Of a DNA stretch of 248,000 nt, positions 27,862 to 42,170 are shown in pieces. Made by a program: the position numbers and the translations under genes. Positions within the stretch are counted from its first letter, which is position 1. Each line of letters begins with the position of its first letter. Location of the stretch: the NCBI GenBank assembly GCA_951406725.2, contig OX597823.1, positions 26,060,001-26,308,000 on the forward strand, in the 5' to 3' direction. Source of the stretch: Octopus vulgaris (taxonomy: Eukaryota). Below the pieces are notes generated by a model. The model saw nothing but the letters and a program-made list of their open reading frames with translations. It searched no databases and was not told the origin of the DNA.

Positions 27862-28394
27862 TACATATATATAAATTAGAAAAAAAACCCCACTTTTTAT
27901 CAATTCAATAATGAAAAATTAAATTATACCATTTAGAAAAATTACATATTATAGAAAGATTAAATATAAGATAAAACATATAACGATGATTAAGTAATGT
28001 GCAAAACAATAAATAAAACATATAAATTATATACATATAAATAATAATTTTGGAAGTGTTGGTTGGATATCTGTTGCATGATGTCGCTTGATCGTGTGCA
28101 TATTTAACCCTAGCACTTTCAAGTTTTATAATTGGAAATGCTACACTGAAGAGAGAAGTAAGTAATTAAAACACTTTAATCTCAAAACATGTCTGTGACT
28201 AATTAGAGTCATGTTGATTCATTATTTTTCTCTTTGCCTACGTAAAAAAGTGTGTTACTGTTGTGGAGATTCTTACAGTAGTAGAAAAAGAATTTTTAAC
28301 TCCTATTTCTAAATTCGGTATGCGGTGAAGCAATTAGCTGACCCCAAATTATAATTATGTTTATAATTATAGAACATTTGTATATATTTGTATA

Positions 28395-28760
28395 TAAGGC
28401 AGAGGAGTGGCTGTGTGGTAAGTAGCTTGTTTACGAACCACATGGTTTCGGGTTCAGTCCCACTGCGTGGCACCTTGGGCAAGTGTCTTCTACTATAGCC
28501 TCGGGTTGATAAAGCCTTGTGAGTGGATTTGGTAGACGGAAACTGAAAGAAGCTCGTCGTATATATGTATATATATATATGTGTGTGTGTCCGTGTTTGC
28601 CCCCCCCCCCCATCGCTTGACAACCGTAACTTACCGGTTCGGCAAAAGCGACTGATAGAATAAGTACTAGGCTTACAAAGAATAAGTCCGGGGGTCGATT
28701 CACTTGACTAAAGGCAGTGCTCCAGCATGGCCACAGTCAAATAACTGAAACAAGTAAAAT
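28395..28760 (+). mobile_element. tRNA-derived CORE-like SINE (family B), representative copy
   Basis: A-box tggctgtgtggtaag, B-box ggttcagtccc, gcaccttgggcaagtgtc core, internal (TA)/(TG), tail gtaaaagag. Other copies near 1290, 63510, 68450, 74265, 114895, 123520, 145445, 160060, 167670, 187970, 223945, 226695, 229205 and 244395. Confidence 0.85.
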
Positions 28761-29439
28761 AGTAAAAATAGTATATACAAATATATAAAAACACTATGCT
28801 CATTATTATATTAGAAGATTGAAGAAATTAGAGTCATTATGCAAACTAACAGTTGCATAATCAAATAGCTGTATTCTTGGAGAACTATGTTGCATTGAAA
28901 CAACTGTAATGAATAATAAATAAATGTCTAATTGTACTTCTTCTTGACTCCAATTTCTTCAATTTTACATTCACACACAATGAATGCCTAAACTTGGAAG
29001 TATATAATAATACTACCGATAGTACTGGGCAATTCTGATGGTGAATGAGCTTTATACTGTATTCTACCATGTTCCTAACAGAATATAACATAACTATATA
29101 TATATATATATCTTATATTAACTTTTTAATACTTTTTGATAGTTATATATATTTAAATTTTTTTTAAATGTTTAAAAAATTTTAATTTTAAAAGTTTAAA
29201 AAATTTTTAATTTATTGATTTAAATTTTTAAAATATTTAAAACAATATAAAAATTTATAAATATAAATTAATAATTTTAAATTTAAATAATTTAAATTTT
29301 GAATTTTATATTTTATATATTTTGTATATTATATTAATTATTTTTATTTTTATGTTTTGGTTTATGTTTTTCACTGTTTGATTTGCATAATAGTGGTTTT
29401 ATCTCTAATATAATTTATATATATATATACTTGAAGTGT

Positions 29440-29600
29440 ACAATATTACATATCCATTATAGCCAACCTTACCAACTGGTTTCACACTAGGAGTTCAGTG
29501 AAGCGTTAGGTAATAGTCCGATTATGTAACCCTGTGCTCTTCAGTGATGGTAGTTATGGAATACAATATGGCAACTGGTCTCTATTGTTGGAGGTGAGCA
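29440..29600 (-). ncRNA. Decayed hammerhead-like motif (family C) in a PLE-type repeat fragment
   Basis: Minus strand CTGAAGA GCAC...GTGT GAA ACCAGTTGGT A AGGTTGGCT; homologous to 126075-126385. Confidence 0.45.
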
Positions 29601-31624
29601 GAAACATGTGGCTGGTGGTTGCTGTGAAAAAGACAATGAAATGAACAGAACAAGAGTTATGTCCCTTGGTACCAAAATGCTATCTCTGGAGGTGTTGCAA
29701 GGTGACAAGACTTTCCTGGAAAAGAGTGTATGGAATGTGTACAGTGGTATTATATGTGCAGCATCTTGGGGGTGGGGTGGGGGACCAAAGGCTGCATACA
29801 CATTTGTGTTTGATTCTGTAGTTTTTCTTTTATGTTTTCAAGGTTGAGTCTCTCTAAGAAGATGATGAAGAACAGCAATGTTTGGGGACTCGTGACCCAG
29901 GAGAAGCTCCTCTGACTTAAGCAAACATAATCAAACAGATGTCGAAAAAAGTAGTATTGATGCAACCTGGGATGTATAATATGTCTACATTTGTGTCTCC
30001 CCACAATTTGTGTGTGTGTGTGTGTGTGTCTCTCTCTATTTCTCTCTTACCTGCAGACTTGTAGATACAAAGATACAATCACTGTCCTCTTCCACTATTC
30101 CCTTCGCTTCCACCCTTTCACTCTAATCACTGTATCTTTCCCATCACTGTCTCTCTTCTTTCACCCTCTCACCATGGTTCTTTTTCTGGGACCACCCAGT
30201 CTTGTATTTACTCTCTTGATCACGATGCCTTAAACAAATAAAACAATACATATATAATGCAGAAAGTCTTTAATTGCAGCATCAAAAACAGCAAAGTTGC
30301 CTTTCACTGGTCTTTTGCAAGACAACCTCACTTGTGTTATTGTCACAATAAAGTACATTCAGCATGTACTCTAAGGTGGTTAGTGAATGAATGGATACAG
30401 TGTGGGATTAAGAAGAACCATTTAGTCTCAACATGAACATGATGACCTCTCTAGTACTATGTGTCACATGATAAAATACACCCACTTAACTTTTTAAAGT
30501 GGTTGGTGTTATGAAGGGCTTTAGAAAATATGCCAAAATTGGAATATACAAGTGAGATATGGTCACCATGAGTAAGTCACATGTTTCTTCTTCTCCCAAA
30601 CTGGCTGGCTGACAAACAGGTTCTTCACACTTTGTTAAGTGGTTGGCATTAGGAAGGGCATCCAGCGGTAGAAACCATGCTACAACAGACAACTGGAGTT
30701 TGGACAGCTCCCTGGCTGGCCAGCTCTATGTCAAACCGTCCAACCCATGCCAGTACGGAAAGTGGACATTAAACGATGATGATGAAGGGTTAGCAGTAGG
30801 GAGGTGTATTCTATTATAATATATTCTATTATTTGTTCATTACTGTTCAAATGTCAAAATTTGCAAAGACTGTTCCAGACATGATAGCAGAAAATTTAAT
30901 GAAAAAGCAATTTTTTAAAAATCAATATATAATTGAATAATTTTTCAAAATCCATTTTGTCTGTTCAATCATAGAAAAATTGGAATATACATTAAAAAAA
31001 AAATGCATCATGTAAACATGATTTTTTTCTTTTACTAAATTGAAGGAGATGGATCTCTAATCAAATTTTTGTAGTGGATTTAATGATGTAGAAAGTACTA
31101 AGATTGCAGTGGAGATCAATGGCAGAGGTGGTAGGACATAAGAACTAAATGCTAAACAGTATTTTGTTTTGTTCTTCAATGTTCTGAATTCAAATATTGT
31201 CAAGCTGTCTTCACAATTCATCTTACTTCAATTAAATACCATTCATTTACTGGGGTTGATTCAATTAACTGCATATCTCTTCTACAAGTTTGTAGCCTGG
31301 TGCTAATGTTTTATAATTGATGATAATTGAGAATGATGGGTGTGTCAATTAAAGAATGGTGAATGGTAGGCGTTGAAGAATAAAACTCTTCTATCAATTA
31401 CTAAACACTGGAAAACAAAATAGTTTAATCATATATTACAACACTATAATACCCTACAAACAGATATAGCAAGCCAGATCTCACTCAAATTTCACCCTCA
31501 TTTCTTAAAAAGGACAAATTAGATTATGTATTTCAAGATAACCTATGCCTGAAAAGTGATTGGGTGATCAAGGCTAGAATGCTTATTTTATTTTTGCTCA
31601 CTCAGGGTTATCTTAGGGTTAAAC

Positions 31625-31935
31625 CAGTGGTTCTCAAACTTTTTGGGGCTGCCACACCCTTGATACCCAGGCCACATTCCTAGTGGCCCCACCTCAACTA
31701 ATCATCACAAACACAGACCCATTTCTGAAGCAAATTCAAAGCAACTGTATTTAACAAATAAAACTTAACCTAATTAATGAACCCATTATTTTGTTTTTAC
31801 GTGAATTGCTACCCCATAATCACCCCACTTTTTACATGAATCACTACCCCATTATCGCCGCACTTTTCTTTAGCACCCCTTTGGAACTTTCCACCACCCT
31901 CAGGGAGGCAATATCACCCACTTTGGGAACCACTG
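31625..31935. mobile_element. hAT (Charlie-like) MITE
   Basis: Terminal inverted repeats (TIRs) CAGTGGTTCTCAAA / TTTGGGAACCACTG; 8-bp target-site duplication (TSD) GGTTAAAC/GTTTAAAC. Confidence 0.85.
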
Positions 31936-34692
31936 GTTTAAACATTGACAGCAATAACAGTAACAACAATCTCTTGCTAATATGGTCAGCCATGAACAAA
32001 CAACCACTGAAAGAGTTCTAGGAAGATCGTAAAGGTTGTGGCTGAGCAACAGTAAGAAATGTACTGAGGAGACGACAACGGAAAACATTCATAGAAAAGT
32101 TTTATTCTTCGAAGTCTACAATTCATCATCCTTTAATTGACACACCCATCATTCTCAATTATCATCAAATATAAAACATTAGCACCAGGCTACAAACTTG
32201 TAGAAGAGATGAGCAGTTAACTAAATCAACCCCAGAATATGAATGATATTTAATTGAAAGGAGATGAATAGTGAAGATAACAAAATTGATGACTGGGATA
32301 GATGAAAGGAGAAGGTTGTGCCTCTTGTTGTGAGCTAATGGATTTTGATTGCCTTGGTAGCAAAATTAACATAGAGTTGGACAAAATGTCTTGCCAATAC
32401 TATTTTTTAGAGCTCTTTCACATTCTGTGGTCAAATTCTTCCACATTAGACTTTGCCTTTTATTCTTCAAAGGTTGATGAAATAACCGCCTTACAAACAC
32501 TTTAGGTGAATGGCTATACCACTCGCCCAAATTTCTGTTAATTTTATCACAAGATCAACTCATCATCTTCCTTTGGAAAGAAAAATGGGTAGTTTTCATC
32601 TCTAGTGGGTGCAATGAAAGAAATTGTGAGGTGGACAAGGTTGAAATGCTTGAGGATAGATATTTTCTTTCTCAGGCCAAATCCTCATCAACTTTTTCAA
32701 ATATCATTCAAAGGAGAAGGTAAGTGTAGACTGAGAGATACTGATCTTTAGTGTATTTTATGAAGTTTATGGTGAGTGAGAGTGGCAAAACTGCCATGGT
32801 TAAATGAACTTACACCATTTGCTTGCAGACAGGTGGCAAAACTGGGATAAAGCACTGGCCTTTGTGATCCAGGTTGAATCACCATTAGTGGACGCCCATC
32901 CTTCTTTTAAAGGGTTTTTCTTGTCTTTATTTTGCTGTTCTGTGCTGTTAGTCTTGTTAGTGTTGTTCAGTGCTCTTATTTAATACCTATTTATGTATGT
33001 TTTCACTGTATTTGTTGATCATATTTTTTTTACTTATGTAAACTTACCACTATTTCTCGTTTCTCTCTTTTTTTTTTTTGTATTTTACCTTGGCACTATC
33101 CCAACGTCTTCAGTCTTTGTGGCCACTGAAGTCGTCGTCATCATCATCATTATCATCATTATCCATTATTCAGAAGAAAATGGAATCAATAGTTCCAGAC
33201 AAAATTTTGTAATATTCAATTTATCTCCCTTTACGTTCTTGGTTCAAATCCCGCTGGAGTTGAATTTTCCTTTGATCTTTCTAGGGCCAATAAGGCAAAT
33301 ACATATCAAGTTCTCAGTTTTGATTCAATCTACTTAAACCTCCTTTAAAACTATATAGCATTATGTCAATATCAGAAATCATTACAGAGTAAAAAATCGT
33401 AGCAATTGTTATAGTTAATGTTGGCAGATGTTTAGGGAGTGTTAGCATCACCTTGTAACTTGAGTAAAATGAATTTTCGGAGAATTTGATATAGAATTTC
33501 TGGTTTAGTATTTCATCTATTTATATATAAATCTAAAAGAGTTATATGTCGCTGTGGGATCTCATGCACCATTGGACTGTCAGTGATACATTCTGCTGAG
33601 GGATGCACACCACAAACAGCTTTTTGACTTGTACTGTTTCTCAGTATTTATAATATATAGAAACAGTATAAGCTAACGAGGGAGCATCTACATAGTCATT
33701 CAGCTTGCTAGAAATAGCAGTCAAATCTCTTTCAAATTACATTTTGTCTTAAAAATAGGATACATTTGATAATGTTGTCCTGGGTTCACTGTATATAGGA
33801 AAAGGACAGGATGATCACAGCTAGAGTGTCTTTGGTCAAAGTCTGCTTGATCAGGACTGCTATATCGTAACCCATACAAAATAATAACAGCATCAATAAC
33901 TTGATTAGTTTCAAACACTGTGCTGGGGTGTACATCATCAGTAATAAGTACAAAAGCACAAAACTGTTTTGAGTGAATCCACCTTATCTACTTCTGCTGT
34001 TACTCTACCTGCTAGAAAGAGCAGTTAAATTTCCTACAAATTACATGCTACCATCTTAAAAAAGGAAGAGCATTAGAGAATGCACATGAGACAACATTGG
34101 GATGTTCATGACTGAAATGCTTTTGATTGTAGGTGTGCTCAGTCTGGGCTGAACTGAAGGTAAATTGCTACAACTGGACATATACTGGACAAACAACAAA
34201 TAACAACAACAACAAACTTATACACTGCATAATGTAGAAACCATGCTTTTAGTCTGAAATAAAGATGGGATGATCACAGCTGGATTGTATTTGATCACAG
34301 ATCTGCTTAGTCAGGCTTGGTCTGAACTAAACTACAACAGCCATAGACAAGTTTTGGATAATGTAGTTCTGAACACACTGTCACTGAAAGACAAAAAAAA
34401 AAAAGTGGGATGGTCATGGAAGGAACAATTACGATTTTCATCATGTGTTTGTTAGATCAGGGCTGATGGAGGGAGAGGTGGGGGGTGCTAACAAAGAAAC
34501 ACTGAGTGGGAGTGGTGGAAAATAGGCAACATGCTTCAAATGTCACGTTGTACTTCTTAATGATAACAACTGCATGTCTAAGTGGTTGCCAACAATGCAG
34601 AGGCATTGTATATTGAGAGTTACAGAATCTGTGAATCCCTCTCAGTTGTCTCACCAGCAACTTAATGCACTATGATGATATATATATATATA

Positions 34693-35130
34693 CAAGGTGT
34701 AATGGGTAAATTGTTGTCATTTTATATTTTTAATTTCGTTCATGCACATTGATTGTTTTTGATTTTGTTGACTACACAGTATAGTAGGGTCAGTTGGGCA
34801 CCATCTGTGAGAAAAACAGCACCATGACGCAATTCACTCTGCCATAAATTTGGAAATGACATACTGTACTGCTTGGCATTTGTGCTGGAAGCTTCAATAC
34901 GAACATTTCAATGTGTTTGGGGATCAATCTGAGGACATGTACCGAGAGTGATAAAAATGAAACATCCAGTCAATATCATGGTGTTTGGAGTGATCACTAG
35001 CAATGGCAACATTATGCCTCCATTCATCTTCCCACATGGCCTCACACTCAACATGGAGGCCTACATCAAGTGCCCGGAAGAGGCAGTGCTGCCCTGGTTC
35101 AAGAGGGTGGCACTCAGGTGCACTACAACT
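34693..35130 (+). mobile_element. Tc1/mariner-superfamily (maT-like) deletion derivative
   Basis: Starts TA|CAAGGTG; ORF 34948-35145 KHPVNIMVFGVITSNGNIMPPFIFP is a typical catalytic-domain segment. Confidence 0.7.
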
Positions 35131-35730
35131 CATCAGAAAAAATAACTAAAAGTACATGAAAAGTACACAGAATAGAATAGAATAAGTCATTAAAAAGAAA
35201 AGAGGGAGCAGGGACATTAGGTGTACTGCTGGAAAATTTCAGGAAGCATGGAAATTTTGAAGGATGTAGTGTTCTGACAATCAACCACTGATATAGGTAA
35301 TCTAATCTATACTTCAGCAATTCTGAACATGAAAAAGTGTTTCCAAAAGTCATGTGAGTTATGTTTTTTTTTTGATTTTGTAAGAATGTCCATGAGTAAA
35401 CATGCTTACAAAATCAAAAAAGTGCCCAAGATTATTGTTAGAAGGATGGTGGATAATCTTGTTGGGGTCCATGAAATCAGATGCCAGATGGTGGAGAGTC
35501 AATGTGTCCATACCCAGGGAAGCAATACATTCAGAGTATGGTAGATGCCTGATGGTGGGATTCATCTAGTTGCACGTTTCTGAATAGTTTCCAGGAGACT
35601 GCTATGCTGAGAAAGATAGGGCTTCCAGACTGGTGATGCAAACATTAAGTGCAGATGTACCATAGCCATATACAGCTTTAAATAAATAGCTGGAGAGTGG
35701 CTGACCAAGATCTTACTTCAGCATTCTTGA

Positions 35731-35786
<56 letters not shown>

Positions 35787-36109
35787 ATTGGCATGCTGTC
35801 ACTTAGGACGACATGGGTTCCAGCTGATCCAATCAACAGAACAGCTTGCTCATGAGATTAACATGCAAGTGGCTGAGCACTCCACAGACATGTGTAGCCA
35901 TTCACATACTTCTCAGAGAGATTTAGCATGACACAGAGTGTGACAAGGCTAGCCCCTTGAAATACAGGTACTACTCACTTTTGCCAGCTGAGTGGACTGG
36001 AGCACCGTGAAATAAAGTGTCTTGCTCAAGGACACAATGCACTGCCAAGAATCGAACTTGTGACCCTACAATCATGAGCCAAATACCCTAACCACTAGGT
36101 GACATGCCT

Positions 36110-36144
<35 letters not shown>

Positions 36145-36245
36145 CAATCAAAATCACCCCATTTTGAATTATATGGATAATACCATACTAAATTCTGTGC
36201 CTTTAACTTAAGTACCATATTCAACTGAATCTAAATTTTACTGAA

Positions 36246-36295
<50 letters not shown>

Positions 36296-36299
36296 CATA

Positions 36300-37979
36300 C
36301 AGGGATTGGACCAAATAATGGAAACACCTAGCATCATAATTTTGAAATATCTATAAAACCATCAAAAGCTTGTTTATTTTTATGTTTTCTGATTTATTAT
36401 TAGTGTTGCTTAATATGTTTTGCTAACATTGCTGTTTCTTTTCAGATATCATCAGAAAAAGGTAATTAAAATTCATTAAAATGACAGATCTATCGGACTT
36501 TCAAAGAGGTCAAATTGTTGGTGCTCGTATGGCAGGTGCTAGCATAACGAAAACAGCTGAAATGTTTGGTGTATCAAGAAGTACTGTCTCAAAAGTAATG
36601 ACAGCCTTTGAGAAAGTGGGAAAAACCTCCTTGTCAAAACAAAACTCTGGAAGAAAACCAAAACTTTCAGATAGGGATTGTTGGATTCTTACGCGAATCA
36701 TTAGAAAGGATCACAAAAGTACAGCTCCCAAAATTACTGCTTGTACTTGTACTTGTACTTACATTCACCCTGGGCGGGTTGAATCGGCTTCTTCTACCAC
36801 CCTCGAGGCATCTTGAACTATGGCAGTGGAAGAAATTTCGTGGGAATATGAATTTCACAAGCAGTCCCCAACAATCCCGCATGTAGAGACATCCTGTTTG
36901 CTGCAGATTGTCCGCAGATGCAGGGACAGAACGACCAAGGAGCCACCGGTTGCTGAAACAGACACTCCGAGGATTTTCACCAGAGCCCCGTCTGCCGGGT
37001 TGTGGACCTAATACCACTCGGTGTCAGACCAATCCGCCTTGGGTGGCCCAACCAGGAACCGAAGTTCCTGACGGCATAGCTCTGACACTACCCGTTGCCA
37101 GCGTCCCCACCACGGTGAGGAGGGGATGGGCAAAATTACTGCAGAGCTTAATGACCACTTTGAGAACCCAGTTTCCTCAAAAACTGTTGGCCAGGAGCTG
37201 CACAGAGCCAGATTTCATGGGAGGGCTGCAATCAGAAAACCACTACTTTCAAAAACAAACGTTGCAATGCATTTAGAGTGGAGTAAAAACCTACAGAATT
37301 GGTCCCTAGAGCAGTGGAAGAATGTTATTTTTTTGGACAAGTCATCCTTTACCTTATTTCCAAACACTGACCGAGTATACATGTGGAAACAGCCAAAAGA
37401 AGCATTTGACCCAGACTACCTTCTTCCAACTGTTAAACATGGAGGAGGATCTGTGGTGATCTGGAGGGGGGGGGGGGGCTATATCTTGGAAATCCGCTGG
37501 CCCAATAGTTTCCCTTCATGGCAGAATTAATAGTCAAGTCTATTTAAGCATTTTATCTGATCAAATTCATCCTATGGTTGTGGAACTGTTTCCAGAGGGA
37601 AATGCAATCTTTCAAGATGATTGATAATGTACCAATTCACACAACTAAAGTTGTTATTGAATGGCATGAGGAATATTCTAGTGAAGTTGAACATTTTATC
37701 TGGCCACCACAGTCCCCAGATCTCAATATTATTGAACATTTATGGTAAATTTTAGAAAAACAAGTAAGGAGTCGATATTCTCCACCATCATCACTACAAG
37801 AACTGGAGACTGTTTTAGTTGAAGAATGGACAAAAATTCTTTTGGAAACAATTCAAACTTTGTACGAATTCATACCTTGTAGAATTCAAGCTGTAATTAT
37901 TGCCAAAGGTGGTCCTACCCCATATTAAAATTAATTTGTTTGAAATTTTAAGGTGTTTCCATTATTTTGTCCAACCACA

Positions 37980-37980
<1 letters not shown>
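36300..37980 (+). mobile_element. Full-length Tc1-like transposon, inactivated by an insertion and stops
   Basis: 30-bp imperfect TIRs (ttggac.aaataatggaaacacct) flanked by TA; transposase pieces 36481-36740 and 37131-37925 (HTH; W.F.DES-like; WPPQSPDLNIIE). Confidence 0.92.
36741..37130 (-). mobile_element. 390-bp non-autonomous retroposon with RTE-like 5' UTR and (AAGTAC)n tail
   Basis: 12-bp TSD CAAAATTACTGC at 36729-36740 and 37131-37142; splits the transposase at PKITA|ELNDH; no coding capacity; CpG-rich. Confidence 0.85.
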
Positions 37981-38013
<33 letters not shown>

Positions 38014-38520
38014 ACTTGGTCTACTGTACTACTGTACAATACTCCTACCTTTTTATAAATAGCCATAGTTCCTACAGCAAACTTGACCCTCATCTTTAAT
38101 CCAGGACAACTTTCCAGTCTTATCATAATCTCTTCAAAAATTATTCAGATCTTAATCCGCTACATACTAAGCTATCTCTACTATATTTTCACTAAAACTT
38201 TACGATAAAACACACAACAATCTATTTCCTATACCACATACACATCTATCATAGCTGGAAAATTTCCTTAAAATAAAGCAAAAATCCCACTTTCCTTAAA
38301 GAAAACGAAGAAACTCACTTTCAATTTTTTTCTTAAATTCTTACTAAATAATGTTTTCTAATTGTTAGGGGTCTTCGTAATACAATTGAAAATTTTGCCT
38401 CCTGTTGGTGACTAAAGGGAGAATAGTGTTTAAGGCAACCAAATGGTCTGCTGTAGCCATCGTCTTCAAACAACCCAAGTATACATGAGTTGCCTCCCAT
38501 AATTACAAACCTCATCTTAC

Positions 38521-38600
38521 CTTTGCCAAATTTTTTCCATAACAACGTCATATTTTCAAAATGAAACCAGACGTAAGTTCTAGTTCTTCAGACAAAAAAC
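38521..38600 (-). other. Candidate 80-nt exon (5' UTR plus start codon) of an unidentified minus-strand gene
   Basis: Acceptor with two CTAAC branch-like motifs and atatttcag|; donor AAG|gtaaga; all three frames are closed at its 5' part; ATGs give MTLLWKKFGK or MEKIWQ. Confidence 0.5.
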
Positions 38601-41273
38601 CTGAAATATGGACAAGTTAGAATGTTAGCCATACATTGACATGACACGAAAACCCTACATCTTAAAATTTTTAATAATGAAAGTTACAATTTAGTAATTC
38701 TCATTTCAAATGTATCAAAAATGTTTGAGATGTTTATGAATAAAAATTTTTTGTTTGGATCATTATGATTCGCAGATCTTTCTTAGCTTCAACTAAAACA
38801 GGTTCTGAAAATTCAGCATTAGTTGTAACAGTGAATAACATTTTGGTAGGGGTGAGTGGGGGAAAATGAGTAACTTCTTTGACAGGAATCTTGGCAGGCA
38901 GGAGCTTGCACCAGATTTCAGTGTCTATTTTTGGCACGGTTTTTATAGCTAGATGCCCTTCCTAACACCAACAACCCAGCAGAGTGGACATAAGTTTTCT
39001 AATGTAGTGAGTATTTGTAAAAAAAAATATTTTGTCTCAAAGTGAAAAATGCAGTAAAAACACCCCATAGACTCCATATTAAATATCTCTATAGTATAGA
39101 GATATTTAAAAGAAAATATATAGCTCTAAATATAAGAAAATTTTTGATTGGGTGTGATAATGCGGTGGGGTGGGGTGGGGCTGGTGTTTCCACTAAAAGT
39201 CTTGGAGACTCTCTTTTAAATTTGGTCTCAACAGCTTGACAAGTGATGTGGAATGAAAAAAGCAAGAAACATCAATAAATTTTTCAATAAGTAAATAAAC
39301 ATTTAAAGATATTTCTATATTTAATTACAATATATGAAGTGAGATTAATGTGTGGAATATTATTTTGAGATTTATTTTCAAGTTTGAGCCCATATTTATC
39401 TGCAATTATCTCGTACTTTTATGAATAGATATTGTTTCCTTGCATATAAGCAGTAATTATATGGTTTTGATAAATATTGGTTTTTAAACATAGTCTCTAT
39501 AATTCGTTTTTAATGGTAGAACTTGCAATAGATAAAGCTATAAATGATAGCGTGTAAACATTGAGTTAAAAGCCCCTTTTCATAAAAGAAGTCAAAGGCT
39601 ACTCAAACTCACATCTGTCAGCATAAGTCTTGGATCTTTACTTTTTGACCTACAGATTTAAAAAAACATTTTTTGTAAATAAACACTTTCAAACTTCGGA
39701 CACTGGTAGAATGTGTCATATAAAATATCTTTTACCTTAGCATTTTTGAGAAAAACTTATATTTACGAAATAATTTCATGTTAAAGTAGTCCTAGGATCT
39801 TTATATTTTAAGGGGGAACAGAGTAAATAGGAAGTTGTGACGTTTATTCTTTTCTCTAGGAAATTAAATTGGTGGCACGATATGTGAAATAGCCAATAAA
39901 ACAGAGTTCAAGGAATTTGACCCAAAACGTCAGCACTTTTCTCTACCTCTTCCTCATGGAATAGGAGTTTATCTAAATTTAAGAACGTCATTAACATAAC
40001 TCGATAAATTCAATGAGAAAGCCTGTAATGAGTTGCTCAACCTGCTAAAAAAAGTAGTCGAATCTTAACCTACTACTTTAAAAAGAGACACATTACATAA
40101 GTCACTCCTAGATACACAATGTCTGAAAAGATGGAATGGTCACGGTTAGAGCTCATTGATATATGAGGTTTGCATGATCAAGACTGATTAAGAATTACAC
40201 AAGAGAATCTTTACACGGTCGCTTGACCTGCTAGAAATAGTGTCAAAATCTTCTATTATATTCTACAATTTTAAATAAAAGGAAAGACACAAGATAATGA
40301 AGACCAGGATACAATGTTCGAATAAAAAGATGGGATGATCATGGTTGTGTCTTTGACAATATATTGCCATGGAGTTGAAAAACATCTGATAGGGAACTCA
40401 ATTCAAAGAAGTTCACCTCGTTTCGATATCTGAATATTATTTCCAAGCAAAAGAAAGAAATTCCACAGATCTACAAGTCAAACGTCAAATAAATTATGGT
40501 ACTATGAAACATAAGATTTTCAGTTGTCAAACAGTTACCAGGAAAAACTGATAAAGGATTAGACCATTATAATGATAATAATTAGTGGAAATTGTAAAGT
40601 CTAAACATGAGAACGTAATTTTATTGTTCTTTAACAACAATAAAATTACGGAAAGGGAAGTAACTCTTGGACTCGTATGTTTAATTTCTTTTGCTGGTAC
40701 AGGTCCATTTCTGTCTGTCTTTCAGTGTCTTTGTCTGTCTGTCTGTCTGTCTCTTTCTCTCTCTCTCTCTTCCTCCGCACGCGCACGTGTGGTTATGTGG
40801 TAAGAATCTTGCTTCCCAACTACATGGTTCCAAGTTCAGTCCCACTGCGTGGAATCTTGTGCAAGTGTCTTATACCACAGCCCCAGAATGACCAAAGCCT
40901 TTTGGTCATTCTGCAGAAGACACTTGCCCAAGGTGCTATGTGGTGCGATTGAACCTGGAACCATGTGGTTGGGAAACAAACTTCTCATCACACAGCCACG
41001 AAATTCTTGGACAATGAGTCACTCTGTTACTTCTACTAAATATTAATAATAATAATAATATATATATATATATCATCATCATCATCATCATCATCATCAT
41101 GTAAAGTCTGCCTTCCATGCTGGCATGATTGGGACGGTTTGACAAGAGACTTCTGTGACTGTTTTGGCAGCATTTTTACAGCTGGATGCCCTTCCTTATG
41201 CCAACCACTTTACAATGTGGACTGGATGCTTTTTAAGTAACACCTGCACTGACAGGGTTACCATATATATATA

Positions 41274-41327
<54 letters not shown>

Positions 41328-41329
41328 AA

Positions 41330-41990
41330 GGGAAAGATGGCTAAAAGGGAAAGATGGCTGCTTATAAATGCCAAAACCTTCCCTGGCGAAGAATGTACCC
41401 CACAACATAGACTGGTAGTTAGTGACTTCAGGATCAGGGCTAAATGGATGCCCAGAAGACGACCAGCAAGGAGAAGAAGGGTCTGGAGACTTAAAGATCC
41501 GGCAAACAGACAGAGATTTAGAGGCATATTAACTGAAGCCTTTGACGAAAAAGTAGGGGATATAGCTTCACATGATATAGAAGACAACTGGAGGTTTCTA
41601 CAAGACAACCTGCTAAGAGCCACTGACCAGATCTGTGGTTGGTGCAAGGTCCCCTCTAGACCCAAAATAATGTGGTGGTCGAACAATGTTGTTGACATGG
41701 CTATTAGAGAAAAGAAACAAGCTTGGAAGGACTGGAAGAACGGTGGTAGCAGGGAATTGTATCAGACTGCCAGAAGGGAAGCTAGGAGGCAGGTTTATTT
41801 AGCCAGAGGGAAAGCAGATAAAAAAAATTTGCCAATGTTCTGCGCCATGAGGACCAAAGACTTGAGGTATTTCGTGTTGCAAGACAGTGTGTGAGAGAGA
41901 ATTGTGATATTTTAGGAGAGAAATGTGTTCGCATGGATGATGGCTCACCTGCGCTGAATGAGGATGCAAAGAGAGAGGTTTAAGTGATGG
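41330..41990 (+). mobile_element. RTE LINE internal fragment (endonuclease end and linker)
   Basis: ORF 41337-41894: PQHRLVVSDF...RVWRLKD...WW.N.V..AIREKK.AWK.WK. Confidence 0.85.
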
Positions 41991-42170
41991 TGGTGGTGGG
42001 GTAAACACAGATACTGAGATACACTTACCTCCTCACACACACACATAAACACACACACACATATAGGACAGGCTTCTTTAAATTTCCTTCTTTACGTTTT
42101 ATATATAAATATAAAATTATTGCACACACACATATATAACATCATGATTATATACATATATACACACACA

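Noticed and set aside
32814-32986. Open minus-strand frame ending at a GTAAG donor
   Set aside because: No credible polypyrimidine acceptor; phases do not fit the neighbouring candidates.
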